From Clostridia bacterium (GTDB lineage: Bacteria > Bacillota > Clostridia > TANB77 > CAG-508), in contig JAUNSM010000001.1 of NCBI GenBank assembly GCA_030539215.1, positions 12,669-76,668 of the forward strand: a stretch of 64,000 nucleotides of DNA, read 5' to 3'. A model generated the notes under the pieces. It did not search any database and had not been told where the DNA came from. It worked only from the letters and a program-made list of their open reading frames with translations. Below are positions 32,695-42,441 of this stretch, one piece after another; the stretch's first letter is position 1, and every line of letters begins with the position of its first letter. The translations under genes were made by a program, and so were the position numbers.

Positions 32695-33108
32695 CTATAA
32701 TTCTTGATTTTCTTCATATTCTTGATATTGTATATCTAATTCTTTTGATAATAACTCTATCATTTCTCGGTTTTCATTATAAAAACATTTTGATTTTTCA
32801 ATCATAATTTTCTTTAACTCGTTCTTTGTTTTAATTTTTTCAATATCAATTTTTTCATATAGTACATTTTCAAAATCAACGTCATAATTTTTGCTACTAT
32901 GTATACTATATGTTAAACCAAACTCATTATCATATACCCCTAAATATGCACTAATACTTAGCATTTTATTTTCTACAACTGCTAAATCATAAGCTTTGTT
33001 ATAATCTAATTCATATATTTTCTTTTCTTTTAACTCTTTAAAAGTATGTCCGTTTTCAAAATTAAATTTATAATATTTGTTTGATTCATTTATTATATTA
33101 TTTCTCAT
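32695..33108 (-). CDS. Hypothetical protein
   Basis: 137 aa. Ends YEENQEL. Confidence 0.6.
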   Translation of the reverse strand: MRNNIINESNKYYKFNFENGHTFKELKEKKIYELDYNKAYDLAVVENKMLSISAYLGVYDNEFGLTYSIHSSKNYDVDFENVLYEKIDIEKIKTKNELKKIMIEKSKCFYNENREMIELLSKELDIQYQEYEENQEL

Positions 33109-33118
33109 TTTTCCTCCT

Positions 33119-33152
33119 AAAAAATAGTAAAGGTTTTTATTATCCCCTTACT
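33119..33152 (-). terminator. Hairpin terminator after the repeat surface protein gene
   Basis: agtaagg/cctttact stem followed by auuuuuu on the minus strand. Confidence 0.45.
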
Positions 33153-33163
33153 ATTATCTTTTT

Positions 33164-35776
33164 TTATATTATATTTGCTACTATTACACTTAATGTTATG
33201 CTGTTGCCAGCCAAATCTTTTATCGTTACTGTTTCTGTAGCATTATTTTTAAAAGTCTTTTTCAAAGTTAATTTATCTTCAGATAATGTCCATCCTTCTG
33301 TACTTCTAATTATTTCATTTGCTATTATTTCCACAGTCACATTATCTGTAGTCTGTGTAGTAGTAGAATACTTTATAGTAGCTTTTGGGAATGTCTTGTC
33401 AATATTATTTATTGCAAGAGGTATTATATTATTATTGTTAAATAAGTCTTCTATAGTAATATTTGTGTTAATATTTGCATTAAATGTCTTTCTTAATTCT
33501 TTTTTGTCTACGGATAAATCCCAACCCAAAACTGGTTTTATTGCTTCATTAGTTTTTATGATAATACTTACATTTTCATTTGTTATATCACTTCTTGAAT
33601 ACATCACTTTTGCTTCAGGTTTTGCTGAATCAACATTTATTTCTTTTATAGTATCATTCTCATTTCCTGCTTGATCTACAGATAGTATGTGTAAATAATA
33701 AGTACCATCAGTAGTAACTTCTAAATTTAGTGTTTCAGTTATATTTGTAAATACTTTTGCATGTTCATAATTTGATATATTATTTGAATCTAATACATAC
33801 TTGCTGTTGTCTAAATCTATACCTGAATAATTATCAGACAAGTGTACAACTAAGTTAAATTTCTTAGTATTGAAATTTGTTTTATTTACTGTCGCTTCGT
33901 TAGGAGCTGTTTTGTCAATATTAGAAATTAAAATATCTACTGAAACAGGATTGCCAGCTAAATCATAAAAAGTCTCAATTGTTCTACTTATATTTTTATC
34001 ATATTCCCTTCTTAAAGTTAATCCACTATCAAATACTTGCCAATTTTCTTTTCCTTGTAATGTTTCATTAGACTTTATTGTAACTACAACATTCTCATTT
34101 GTAATATCTTTTAAGTTATATTCTCTTGTTACAATTGGATTTAAAGTATCATTTTTTATAGTGTGAATTGTATATGATTCATTTCCTACATTATCTACTA
34201 ATAAAATATGTAAATAATAAGTTGAATTTTCTTTTAAAGTAAAATATAACTTTTGATTTTGGTTATTAAATGTATTTGCTAAATTAAAACTATTTATTTT
34301 TTCTCTGCTCTGATTTAATAAATATTTACATTTATTGATGTTTAATCCTGAACCATTGTCATTATCTTTTATTAATGTATTAAAAGATATATCAATGTTA
34401 TTTGTATTATCAATTGATTTTGTATTAAATAGAGTATGAGATAATACTGGTTCTTGTGGTTTTTGTTTATCTATATTACTAATAGAAACAGTTACAGTAG
34501 TTTGCCTACCAGCATAATCTGTAAAATTTACACTTTCGTTACAATTTGATGTATATTCTTTTGAGAATACTTTTTCTGATAAATTCCATCCATCTAATTG
34601 TTGCATTTCTTTATTTGATGTTACATTAACAGTAACATTGTCATTTGTCCAAGATGTAGTTGAATAATCTACATTTAGTGTTGTTTCAATTGAATCTACA
34701 ATTAATTTTATTGTATTTTTCATTTCGTTACCACTATTATCCACACTTAAAATATGTATGTAATAAATTCCATCATTTTCTACTGTCTTTGATATATTAA
34801 TACACTCTGCATCTATAGAATTATATTTAGAATAGTCTTCTGTCATGTTTTCGTTACTATCTATTAAATATAGAGTTCTATTTAGATTTATACCTGATTG
34901 TTTATCTTCTAATGTTAATCTTGTATTAATAATTTTAGTTAAAAATAATCTATCTTCAATTTTAGCTTCTTCAGGTTTTTCTTTATCAATATTATCTATT
35001 ACTATATTTATATTTACTTCATTTCCTGCAATATCTTTTATAATTAAATTTTCGTTTGTATTTTTATCATATTTTCTCGTAAGTTCTAATTTATTCGGAG
35101 ATAATATCCAGTTTTCAAATTCATTTAATTGTTTATTAGATTTTATCTTAACCATAACATCATTATTAGTAAATTCAGTATCTGAGTATGTAATATCAAG
35201 TATTGGTAAATTCTTATCTATATTATCTATTATAATATTTATCGTAGTAATATTTCCTTCTAAATCTTTTATATATAGTCTTTCGTTTGAATTTGAAGTA
35301 TATTCTTTGCTTAAAATAAGTTTATCAGCAGATAACTTCCATCCTTCCAGATTTTGCAGACACTCATTACTTGTCATTGTTACAACTATATTTTTATTTG
35401 TTAATTCTTTAGTAGAATAATTAATATCTAATTGAGGAGAAGTAATATCTTTTATTTTCTCATTATAATTTGTATTATTTACACTTGTTGCATCTTTTTT
35501 ATATACTATTTTTGAACTAATTGATCTTTTATCTTTATAAGTTGTGTCTTTTGTAGAATTAACTACATTTTCTATACTAACATTCTCACTCACCTCATTT
35601 CCAACTATCTTTTCATTTGTAATATTTTCTTTTATTATATTTGCATTTATGCTATTTGTAGTATTTTGATTATCATCATCTTTTTTCTGTGATTTATTTA
35701 GAGTTATTATTAGTAAAATTATTAAAAGTAATAAACCAATTACTATGAGTTTTTTATATTTTTTAATATTTTCCAT
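33164..35776 (-). CDS. Large membrane-anchored surface protein with tandem Ig-like repeat modules
   Basis: 870 aa with an N-terminal TM anchor (LIVIGLLLLIILLIITL). Two ~100-aa modules alternate. One reads Y(S/T)..TN.NV.V.I.SN...L.GW.LS...L.K.Y......I.D.AGN...N..I.NIDK. The other reads SGI.L....Y.L......YY(I/L)HILSVD.AGNE. Confidence 0.65.
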   Translation of the reverse strand: MENIKKYKKLIVIGLLLLIILLIITLNKSQKKDDDNQNTTNSINANIIKENITNEKIVGNEVSENVSIENVVNSTKDTTYKDKRSISSKIVYKKDATSVNNTNYNEKIKDITSPQLDINYSTKELTNKNIVVTMTSNECLQNLEGWKLSADKLILSKEYTSNSNERLYIKDLEGNITTINIIIDNIDKNLPILDITYSDTEFTNNDVMVKIKSNKQLNEFENWILSPNKLELTRKYDKNTNENLIIKDIAGNEVNINIVIDNIDKEKPEEAKIEDRLFLTKIINTRLTLEDKQSGINLNRTLYLIDSNENMTEDYSKYNSIDAECINISKTVENDGIYYIHILSVDNSGNEMKNTIKLIVDSIETTLNVDYSTTSWTNDNVTVNVTSNKEMQQLDGWNLSEKVFSKEYTSNCNESVNFTDYAGRQTTVTVSISNIDKQKPQEPVLSHTLFNTKSIDNTNNIDISFNTLIKDNDNGSGLNINKCKYLLNQSREKINSFNLANTFNNQNQKLYFTLKENSTYYLHILLVDNVGNESYTIHTIKNDTLNPIVTREYNLKDITNENVVVTIKSNETLQGKENWQVFDSGLTLRREYDKNISRTIETFYDLAGNPVSVDILISNIDKTAPNEATVNKTNFNTKKFNLVVHLSDNYSGIDLDNSKYVLDSNNISNYEHAKVFTNITETLNLEVTTDGTYYLHILSVDQAGNENDTIKEINVDSAKPEAKVMYSRSDITNENVSIIIKTNEAIKPVLGWDLSVDKKELRKTFNANINTNITIEDLFNNNNIIPLAINNIDKTFPKATIKYSTTTQTTDNVTVEIIANEIIRSTEGWTLSEDKLTLKKTFKNNATETVTIKDLAGNSITLSVIVANII

Positions 35777-35791
35777 ATATTGTACTCCTTT

Positions 35792-38700
35792 CTACATACC
35801 AGTTCTTGGTAATTTTTTTATATTTAATTCTTTTTTATAACTTATTGTTGTCCATTCATCTTTATCTTGTAATGTAATATCCAAAAATGTTCCTGTAAGA
35901 TCTACGTTGTTTGTCCACACATCGTCACCTTTTACATGCGAGTTTACTTTTGCAAATAAAAATGGTGTTACTTCTGCTTTAAAATTAGCTGGAACTGTTC
36001 CAAACTCTAATTTAAAATTTGATATAAATTCACCATCTTGCAATTTAATGTTTTCAAAATCTATATAAGTATTTGTTTTAGAATTCAAATTTTCTTTATA
36101 TAAAATATAGTTTTCGGAAAGGTTAGTTTTATATAATACATTTATACTAACTTCACCATTATAAACACCAGTAAACAGTTTAGTTATACTTATATATTCA
36201 TAAGGTAACTTATCAGTAACTGTAAAATTATCTATTTCAACATTTGAATTGTTTGCAACTGTATTAAAATCATATCGAATTTCATCACATGGCTGTGCTT
36301 GAATAAGACCTATCTTTTCAATATCTAATTCTGTTTTTATTGGTTCATCTTCAAAATCAAAATGTACTGCTTGTCCATTTTTTGTTATTTCAAAATAATA
36401 TATTTTTGGATTTAATAAATAAAATTCATTTGGCTTTTGTTTTTCATAAATTCTATATTTACCTTCTTTTAAAAGAATTTTTTCATTAATAGTACCATTT
36501 TCATTAGTCTTTAAATCTGCTATTAATTCTCCTGTTATATCATTTTCTAAACGGTAAATTGCATTTGCTAAATAAGTACCTTTTTTATCTCCAGTATATG
36601 CATTGTTATCAGAACTAATTTTTGTAAAGTCAAAAAAGCCTCCTATTTCAACTTTGTTTGTAATGTCAATTGTTACTTTTTGTCCATTTTCTTTAATCTC
36701 GATTATTTCTGGATTTTCATTTACTATGTAATGCTCTGGTGCTTCAATTTCCCAAAGATAGAATGTTCCTTTATTCAACATAATATCTTCAGAAAATTGT
36801 CCATTTTTATCAGTTATGAGTTCAAGTAAAACATTATTGTTTTTATCTCTTAGTTCATATTTAACTCCTTCCAGAGCTTCGCCTTTTTTTCCATTTGTCC
36901 AGTAGTTATCTTCTAAAGCTGTTTTATTTATATTTAAGAATCCTGCTTCTTCTGGCTCATCAGTAAATTCAAAACTTACTTCTTGTTCATTTTTATTTAT
37001 GGTAAAATATACTTCTTCTTCATTTAATTTCCACTTATCTGGACAGTATGTTTCTTTTATATAATAACTGTTTTCACCTAATAATGCTGTCTCTGTATCG
37101 CCAAATTTATTTGTAGTTAATGTTATTATTTTGTTTCCATCTAAATCAAATATTGTGTATTGTGCATTTTCTATTGGTTCACTTTGATTTATATTTAACC
37201 AGTAATTAGTATCTTTTGCTGTTTTATGTACTTTAACTTTTCCTGCTATTTCTGGCATATTACTTACATCAATTATAATATTTTCTTCATTTTTATCTAT
37301 TTCAAAGTATCTTTCTTCATTATTGATTTTCCAACCATCAGGACTTGAAATTTCAAAGATTTTATATTTTCCAAGTAATAGCTCAATATTATCTGATGTA
37401 TAGTTTTTTTCTATGATTTTACCTTCATTATTAGTAGTAACATCAATATACCATCCTTCTACTGATAAGGATTCTATTCTGTATGTGGCATTTGCTACTC
37501 CTTCTCCTTCTAGTTGTCCTGTCCACAAATTATTACCAGCAGCAGTTTTAAAAATATTTACATATCCTCCTTCAATAGCTCTATTTTCTACAGGTAATAA
37601 AATACTTTCTTCATTATCTCTTATTGTAAAATAATGTTTAGTTTCATCCTTTTGAAAAAATGGTGCTGCCTCAATTTCCTGCATATAATATTCGCCTAGT
37701 TTTAATTTATATTTATTAAATATAACCCCTAGTTCATTGCTAGTAGAAATTGCCTTTTCTCCGTCAATTTCTACAATTTTTCCATCTAATGTATATATGC
37801 CATATGTTGCTCCACATACTGGATCACCTACTTTATGACCTGTCCATACATTATTTAGACTTGCATTTTTACTTGCAGAAAAATAGCCACCTTCTACAAC
37901 ATAATCTTGCATAGTTAAGTCAATTCTTTGTTCATTGTTTTTAATTTCAAACCAATGTTTTTCATTATCTTTTTCAAACCATTTTGGACAATCCAATTCT
38001 AATATATAGTATCTACCAGTCTGTAATTTATAATTTGCCCATAAAGTTCCGTCAGATGTTGAAGTTTTTGTATCTAACAACGCATTACTATCGTTATATA
38101 ACCCATATGTAGCTCCACTTAATGAATCTCCTGCTTTATGACCTGTCCAAATATTATTCTTTTCTGATATTTTATTAGTTGAAAAATATCCACCTTTTAC
38201 AACATTTTCTCCTATATTAATTAATACTGAATCGCCGTGATATGCTATAGAAAATGAATAAATATTATTATCTTTTATATAATAATTTGGACTTAAATTT
38301 TCTTCTATTGTATAATTTCCAACAGGTAAAGTAACATTAATATTTCCTTGTGAATCTGTAGTTACATCTTTTACTTTCTGCCCATTGCCATTTTTTATTA
38401 CATATGTAGCATTAGGCACAGGATCTCCTTTATATGTACCTGTCCATATATTATTATCTTCTGCTACTTTCTTTAAATTTAGTTGTCCTTCTACATTTAA
38501 GTTTAAATTTGTTACTGTTCCCACATCTCCGAAAGGGTCAAATGTTAGCAAATAGTTTTGAGTATTTGCAATGGTTCTTTCTCCAAAAAATACTGGATAT
38601 GTTTTACACTTTGCTTGAACAGCAATAACACCATTTAAATTTTGTGTTAATTGAGACTGTGGAATTCTAATTTTAAAATGTTCATGTCCATAAAATACTG

Positions 38701-39419
38701 TTTTTTCTACATTAGACATATTTGTTACTTTACTTCCACTGGGGAAACCACTTATTGATGTTATTTCATATTCTGATGTTTCTACAGGACTATTAACTGA
38801 GTATTCTTGAAAATAGTAATCTCCTTCTTTTTTTAGATTACCTACTTTATTTGCTGTAACGCTTGCATTGCTTGGGGTTTGCGTTCCATATCTTCCGATA
38901 TTTACTAACCTTACTATTGCATTCTTAATATTTTCTCCTCTTGCATCTCCACCTCTATAATATGTTGTAGGGTCTGTTCCGTATAATATACAATAAATAC
39001 TTTGCTTTGTTGCTAAAAACGCATCATACTCATCGTATACTCCCATATTAGCTGGGGTTTGATATGGATAACCGATTTATTGCAACTCGCCAAATTCTAA
39101 CATCATCTATTATCTGATTTACATTAACTGAATATGTATCATATCCGTCACTACCTCCCACTCCAGGATATTCTTTATTTAAACAGTAGGCGGGATATTG
39201 TACACCATTTTGTTCATAATAAACATAACTACATGTTACATAATTCCAATTTCCTTTATAATCAAATTGCAAATGATAAGTGCAATCACCTTTATACTTA
39301 ATTTGAGCAGAACTAATTTCTACTGCAAAAGATATTGTTGTAAATATGCTAGGAAATACTATAATCATAATAATAAGCAAACAAATTATCTTTTGTGCTA
39401 TTATTTTAGCATTCTTCAT
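35792..39419 (-). CDS. Thioester-domain (TQXA-type) adhesin with about 7 Cna-B/SpaA-like repeats and a C-terminal LPRTG; needs a +1 shift at CGG (39074-39072)
   Basis: Track ORFs 39048..39419 (signal peptide, YPAYCLNKEYPG) and 35792..39046 fuse when aat-C-ggt is read +1. The junction reads ...RVAIN-GYPYQTPANMGVYDEYDAFLATKQSIYCILYG, containing the GYP and T(K)Q motifs of thioester domains. Confidence 0.7.
36406..38506 (-). repeat. About seven tandem ~90-aa Cna-B/SpaA-like domain repeats inside the adhesin gene (approximate bounds)
   Basis: The recurring pattern GGYF..K....NN.WTG.K.GD...GATY.. ... G.YY..E...P..F is seen seven times in the translation. Confidence 0.55.
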
Positions 39420-39497
39420 TATTTTTAACCTCCTATTGATTGTTTATCATTCCAAATATTCCAATAGGTTGTTATAAATAATTTCATTCATTTTATT

Positions 39498-40445
39498 TTA
39501 CATTTCAAAAACACAATCTTCCATTTCTTGTTTATTGTTTTTTTCTAGTTCAATATAATTATTATAATTTTCTATAATCCTTTCTAAGATTTTTGAGCTA
39601 TCATTACATGCTTTAAATAATTCATCTGGATTATCTTCTAATACAGAAATCCATGACTTTAAATAATTTGTATGATCTATTTTATTTTCACCTTTTAAAT
39701 CAAAATTCAAATCTGCTTCTACAAAAATTGCACCAAGTTCAGCTCTTAGCTCTTCTTTTGCATACTCATTTGTTCCAAATACATTTATTATATTTCTGTT
39801 TAATCTACTTTCATGTCCAGTAGAATGTGACATTTCGTGTAATAAAGTCGCAATGAAAGCTTCTTCGGATTTAAAATATCTTCTTGGTGTTAATATTATT
39901 TCATCTTTGATTGGTGAATAAAAACATTTTTCTTGTGCTATTTCATTTATAGGACATTCACTACAATTAATTAAATCATTTGCTAATTCAAATAATTCCG
40001 TATCATTTTTTTCTTTTTTATTATATTCTGGCATTCCAGTAATTTGTGTAGCATTGAAAAGAGTAAAATAATTTACAATAGGAACTTTTAATTGAATTAT
40101 TTTTTTTACTTCTTTTTTATCTTCATCTAATTCCTTTATTTCCTTTGTCCATATCCATTTTTCACAAAGAGTTCCCTTTTCTTTACTATTTATTTCCCAT
40201 CCATTTTCTTTTGCTTGTAAGAATGTTACCCATCTTGGGTCTTTATATCCTTTTTTTATAGCTTGGTATGCTAATCTCATTCTATTTACTCCTTGGTATT
40301 TTGCTTTTGAAATTGGGTTATGTGGTCGAATAGCTTCTTTATCCCATCTGTCTTGCGAAAACAAAAAACCTTTTTTCATATTTTCAATTATCTCTTTTAC
40401 TAATTCTTTTCTACTCTCATTTACTATTTCTTTTGCAGTTGGCAA
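39498..40445 (-). CDS. ardC: ArdC-like antirestriction protein (ssDNA-binding N-domain + zincin metalloprotease)
   Basis: N-terminal ArdC-type domain (KAKYQGVNRMRLA...DPRWVTFLQAKENGW) and a C-terminal HEMSHSTGH (HExxH) motif. Confidence 0.8.
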   Translation of the reverse strand: MPTAKEIVNESRKELVKEIIENMKKGFLFSQDRWDKEAIRPHNPISKAKYQGVNRMRLAYQAIKKGYKDPRWVTFLQAKENGWEINSKEKGTLCEKWIWTKEIKELDEDKKEVKKIIQLKVPIVNYFTLFNATQITGMPEYNKKEKNDTELFELANDLINCSECPINEIAQEKCFYSPIKDEIILTPRRYFKSEEAFIATLLHEMSHSTGHESRLNRNIINVFGTNEYAKEELRAELGAIFVEADLNFDLKGENKIDHTNYLKSWISVLEDNPDELFKACNDSSKILERIIENYNNYIELEKNNKQEMEDCVFEM

Positions 40446-40539
40446 CCTTATTCCTCCTTGTTTTCTAAAAATAGATAAATTTTATTTATCCTATAATTTG
40501 TTTTTAAATTACATCCCATATAATTCTCCCTTCTCATAT

Positions 40540-40596
40540 AAAAAAATAAAGCTGACAAGTTTGCAAATTGTATCTGCTAAACCTGTCAACTTTTTG
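40540..40596 (-). terminator. Leader hairpin plus U-tract downstream of promoter copy B
   Basis: 15-bp stem aaaguugacagguuu/aaacuugucagcuuu (two G-U pairs), 16-nt loop, then auuuuuuu. Confidence 0.65.
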
Positions 40597-40604
40597 ATGA
40601 TATA

Positions 40605-40659
40605 ATTATATTATCTAATTTTTATATATTCAATTCCTCTTTTTTTCCCTTTTTTCTAT
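40605..40659 (-). promoter_or_regulatory. Element promoter motif copy B (TTGAAT-17-TATAAT)
   Basis: Minus strand: atagaaaaaagggaaaaaaagaggaaTTGAAT, a 17-nt spacer, then TATAAT. Lies upstream of ardC. Confidence 0.65.
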
Positions 40660-40663
40660 AAGG

Positions 40664-41374
40664 CTAGATAATAAAGCATTCTGTCCATATATATTCATCA
40701 TTAATATAGTAATCTCGTGAATATACTCTTATTGTGCCAAACTTATATTCTAATTTATCTTTTACTCTTTTTTCTGAATAAGTAAATTGATTTGTTCTTT
40801 CAACAATAGTTTCATCTATTACAACTATATATCCATGTTCTTTCATTAAGGCTGATTCATTTGCTTCAATAATAGAAACCATTAATTCTGACATATTTTT
40901 ATTATATTTAAATGATTCTATTGTTTCATTAACTGGTGCATCATTTATGATTACTTCTTCTTTCTTGTTTTTTATTTGTTCAGATTCTTTTAAAGCTTCT
41001 ATAATATTGTTATCCTGAGATGGTGCCATAGATTTTTCTATTATATTTTCTGAAGGCTTTTCCTCTATTTCATTTATAATTTCTTTCTTTTGTCTGCTAA
41101 CGTTTTCTTTATTTTTTTTAATTGTTGTATCTTTTCTCTCTGATTCAATTACTATATTATCTGTTATATTATTTTCTATTTTCTTTTGTTCTGTAATTTC
41201 TTCATTTTCTTGATTGTCAGCTATATTTTCAATAATATTTTCTTTATATTTATCAATATTATTGTATATATGGCTATCAGTAATTTTATTGTTTTTAATG
41301 ATGATTATACTTATTGAAACAATTAGAAGTATTACTTCAAATACTAGTATTAATTTTAAAATTCTTTTCTTCAT
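40664..41374 (-). CDS. Hypothetical membrane-anchored protein
   Basis: 236 aa. N-terminal TM helix, an E/N/I-rich linker and a C-terminal globular part. Confidence 0.55.
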   Translation of the reverse strand: MKKRILKLILVFEVILLIVSISIIIIKNNKITDSHIYNNIDKYKENIIENIADNQENEEITEQKKIENNITDNIVIESERKDTTIKKNKENVSRQKKEIINEIEEKPSENIIEKSMAPSQDNNIIEALKESEQIKNKKEEVIINDAPVNETIESFKYNKNMSELMVSIIEANESALMKEHGYIVVIDETIVERTNQFTYSEKRVKDKLEYKFGTIRVYSRDYYINDEYIWTECFII

Positions 41375-41406
41375 TTGCTCTCACCTCTCTTTGACTAAAA
41401 TATTCG

Positions 41407-41528
41407 GAAATTCCTTCTTAGTGGACATACATGCAAAAATAGTAAAATGTCAGGGCTAGGCGATAGCCTATTCATTTTAGCCTTGATATTTTACTATTTT
41501 TGCGTATACTTACAACAGAAGGAATTTC
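41407..41528. repeat. 122-nt nested inverted repeat (long imperfect stem-loop or cruciform)
   Basis: Outer arms gaaattccttct (41407-18) and agaaggaatttc (41517-28). Inner arms gcaaaaatagtaaaat.tca.ggcta (from 41433) and tagcc.tga.attttactatttttgc (to 41503). The apex carries a small taggc-gata-gccta hairpin. Confidence 0.7.
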
Positions 41529-41558
41529 AGGATAAGTCAAATTCGATATATTTATTAA

Positions 41559-42098
41559 TTATTTTGCTATTACACATAACCTTTTATCTTTTTTATCAGC
41601 AATACAGGTTATTAATGTTAATTGGTCTTGTTCAGTTGATTCTAGTACAGATAAATTTGTTTCTTCAATTTCTTTTATTTCTGAAACATAATACATTTTT
41701 TCTTCATATTTTGTAATATATTTGATTTCATCATTTACTTTTATATTTTTTAAATTTTCAAAGAAATTTTGCTTATTACCTCGATTATGAGCTGCCAAAC
41801 ATATATTACCAGAAAAATATGCTGTATCTTGAAAATGACCTATAGCTTTTGATAATGTTTCTAAGTCTGTGCCATCTTGTATTGGTGCATATAAATTAAT
41901 ACTGTCAATTTTTAAATAACCTATAATATCCGTTGATTCTATTGATAATGTTTCAATAGTTTTATCATTTATTTTCTCTTCTATTGTTGGTTCGTTTTGT
42001 TTATTATTTTTAATAATTATATAAATTCCAAAAGTAACGATCATCATGAATATTAGAATAATAATTATTAATTTTATATTTTTTTTATTTACTTTCAT
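41559..42098 (-). CDS. Sortase (cysteine transpeptidase)
   Basis: N-terminal TM anchor, a His context (LAAHNRG) and the catalytic LTLITC motif. Confidence 0.8.
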   Translation of the reverse strand: MKVNKKNIKLIIIILIFMMIVTFGIYIIIKNNKQNEPTIEEKINDKTIETLSIESTDIIGYLKIDSINLYAPIQDGTDLETLSKAIGHFQDTAYFSGNICLAAHNRGNKQNFFENLKNIKVNDEIKYITKYEEKMYYVSEIKEIEETNLSVLESTEQDQLTLITCIADKKDKRLCVIAK

Positions 42099-42441
42099 TT
42101 TCTAGCTCCTCTAAATAATCTTCTTCTAATACTTGAAAAGAAGTAATTCCGACAGCACAATTAATTACATTATATGGACTTGACATTTCTAATGCTTCTA
42201 AAGATACTTCTCTTGTTATATAAGCAGTTACTATTTCATCTGCTACTGTACTTGGATGAGTATTAGTCGAATCTTTTTCTATAGCTTTATTAACAATTAT
42301 AAGTAGACGTTCTTTTTCTTCTTGAGTTAATTCTTTCTTACCCTCACTACAACTTTCTATTGAAAGAATTATCGTTAAATCATCTAACAATCCTTTTTCT
42401 TCATTAGTTAATTTATTATATAAATCAAAAGCTACTGACAA
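42085..42441 (-). CDS. Hypothetical 118-aa protein, paralog of 18093..18449
   Basis: See 18093..18449: same length and a shared motif pattern. Confidence 0.6.
   Translation of the reverse strand: MSVAFDLYNKLTNEEKGLLDDLTIILSIESCSEGKKELTQEEKERLLIIVNKAIEKDSTNTHPSTVADEIVTAYITREVSLEALEMSSPYNVINCAVGITSFQVLEEDYLEELENESK

Noticed and set aside
35698-35812. LPRTG plus the downstream TM helix as an ordinary cell-wall sorting signal
   Set aside because: A TAG stop intervenes and the spacer would be unusually long (about 16 residues). The downstream frame also continues for 870 aa as an independent repeat protein. It is kept as an open question in the findings rather than annotated as a sorting signal.
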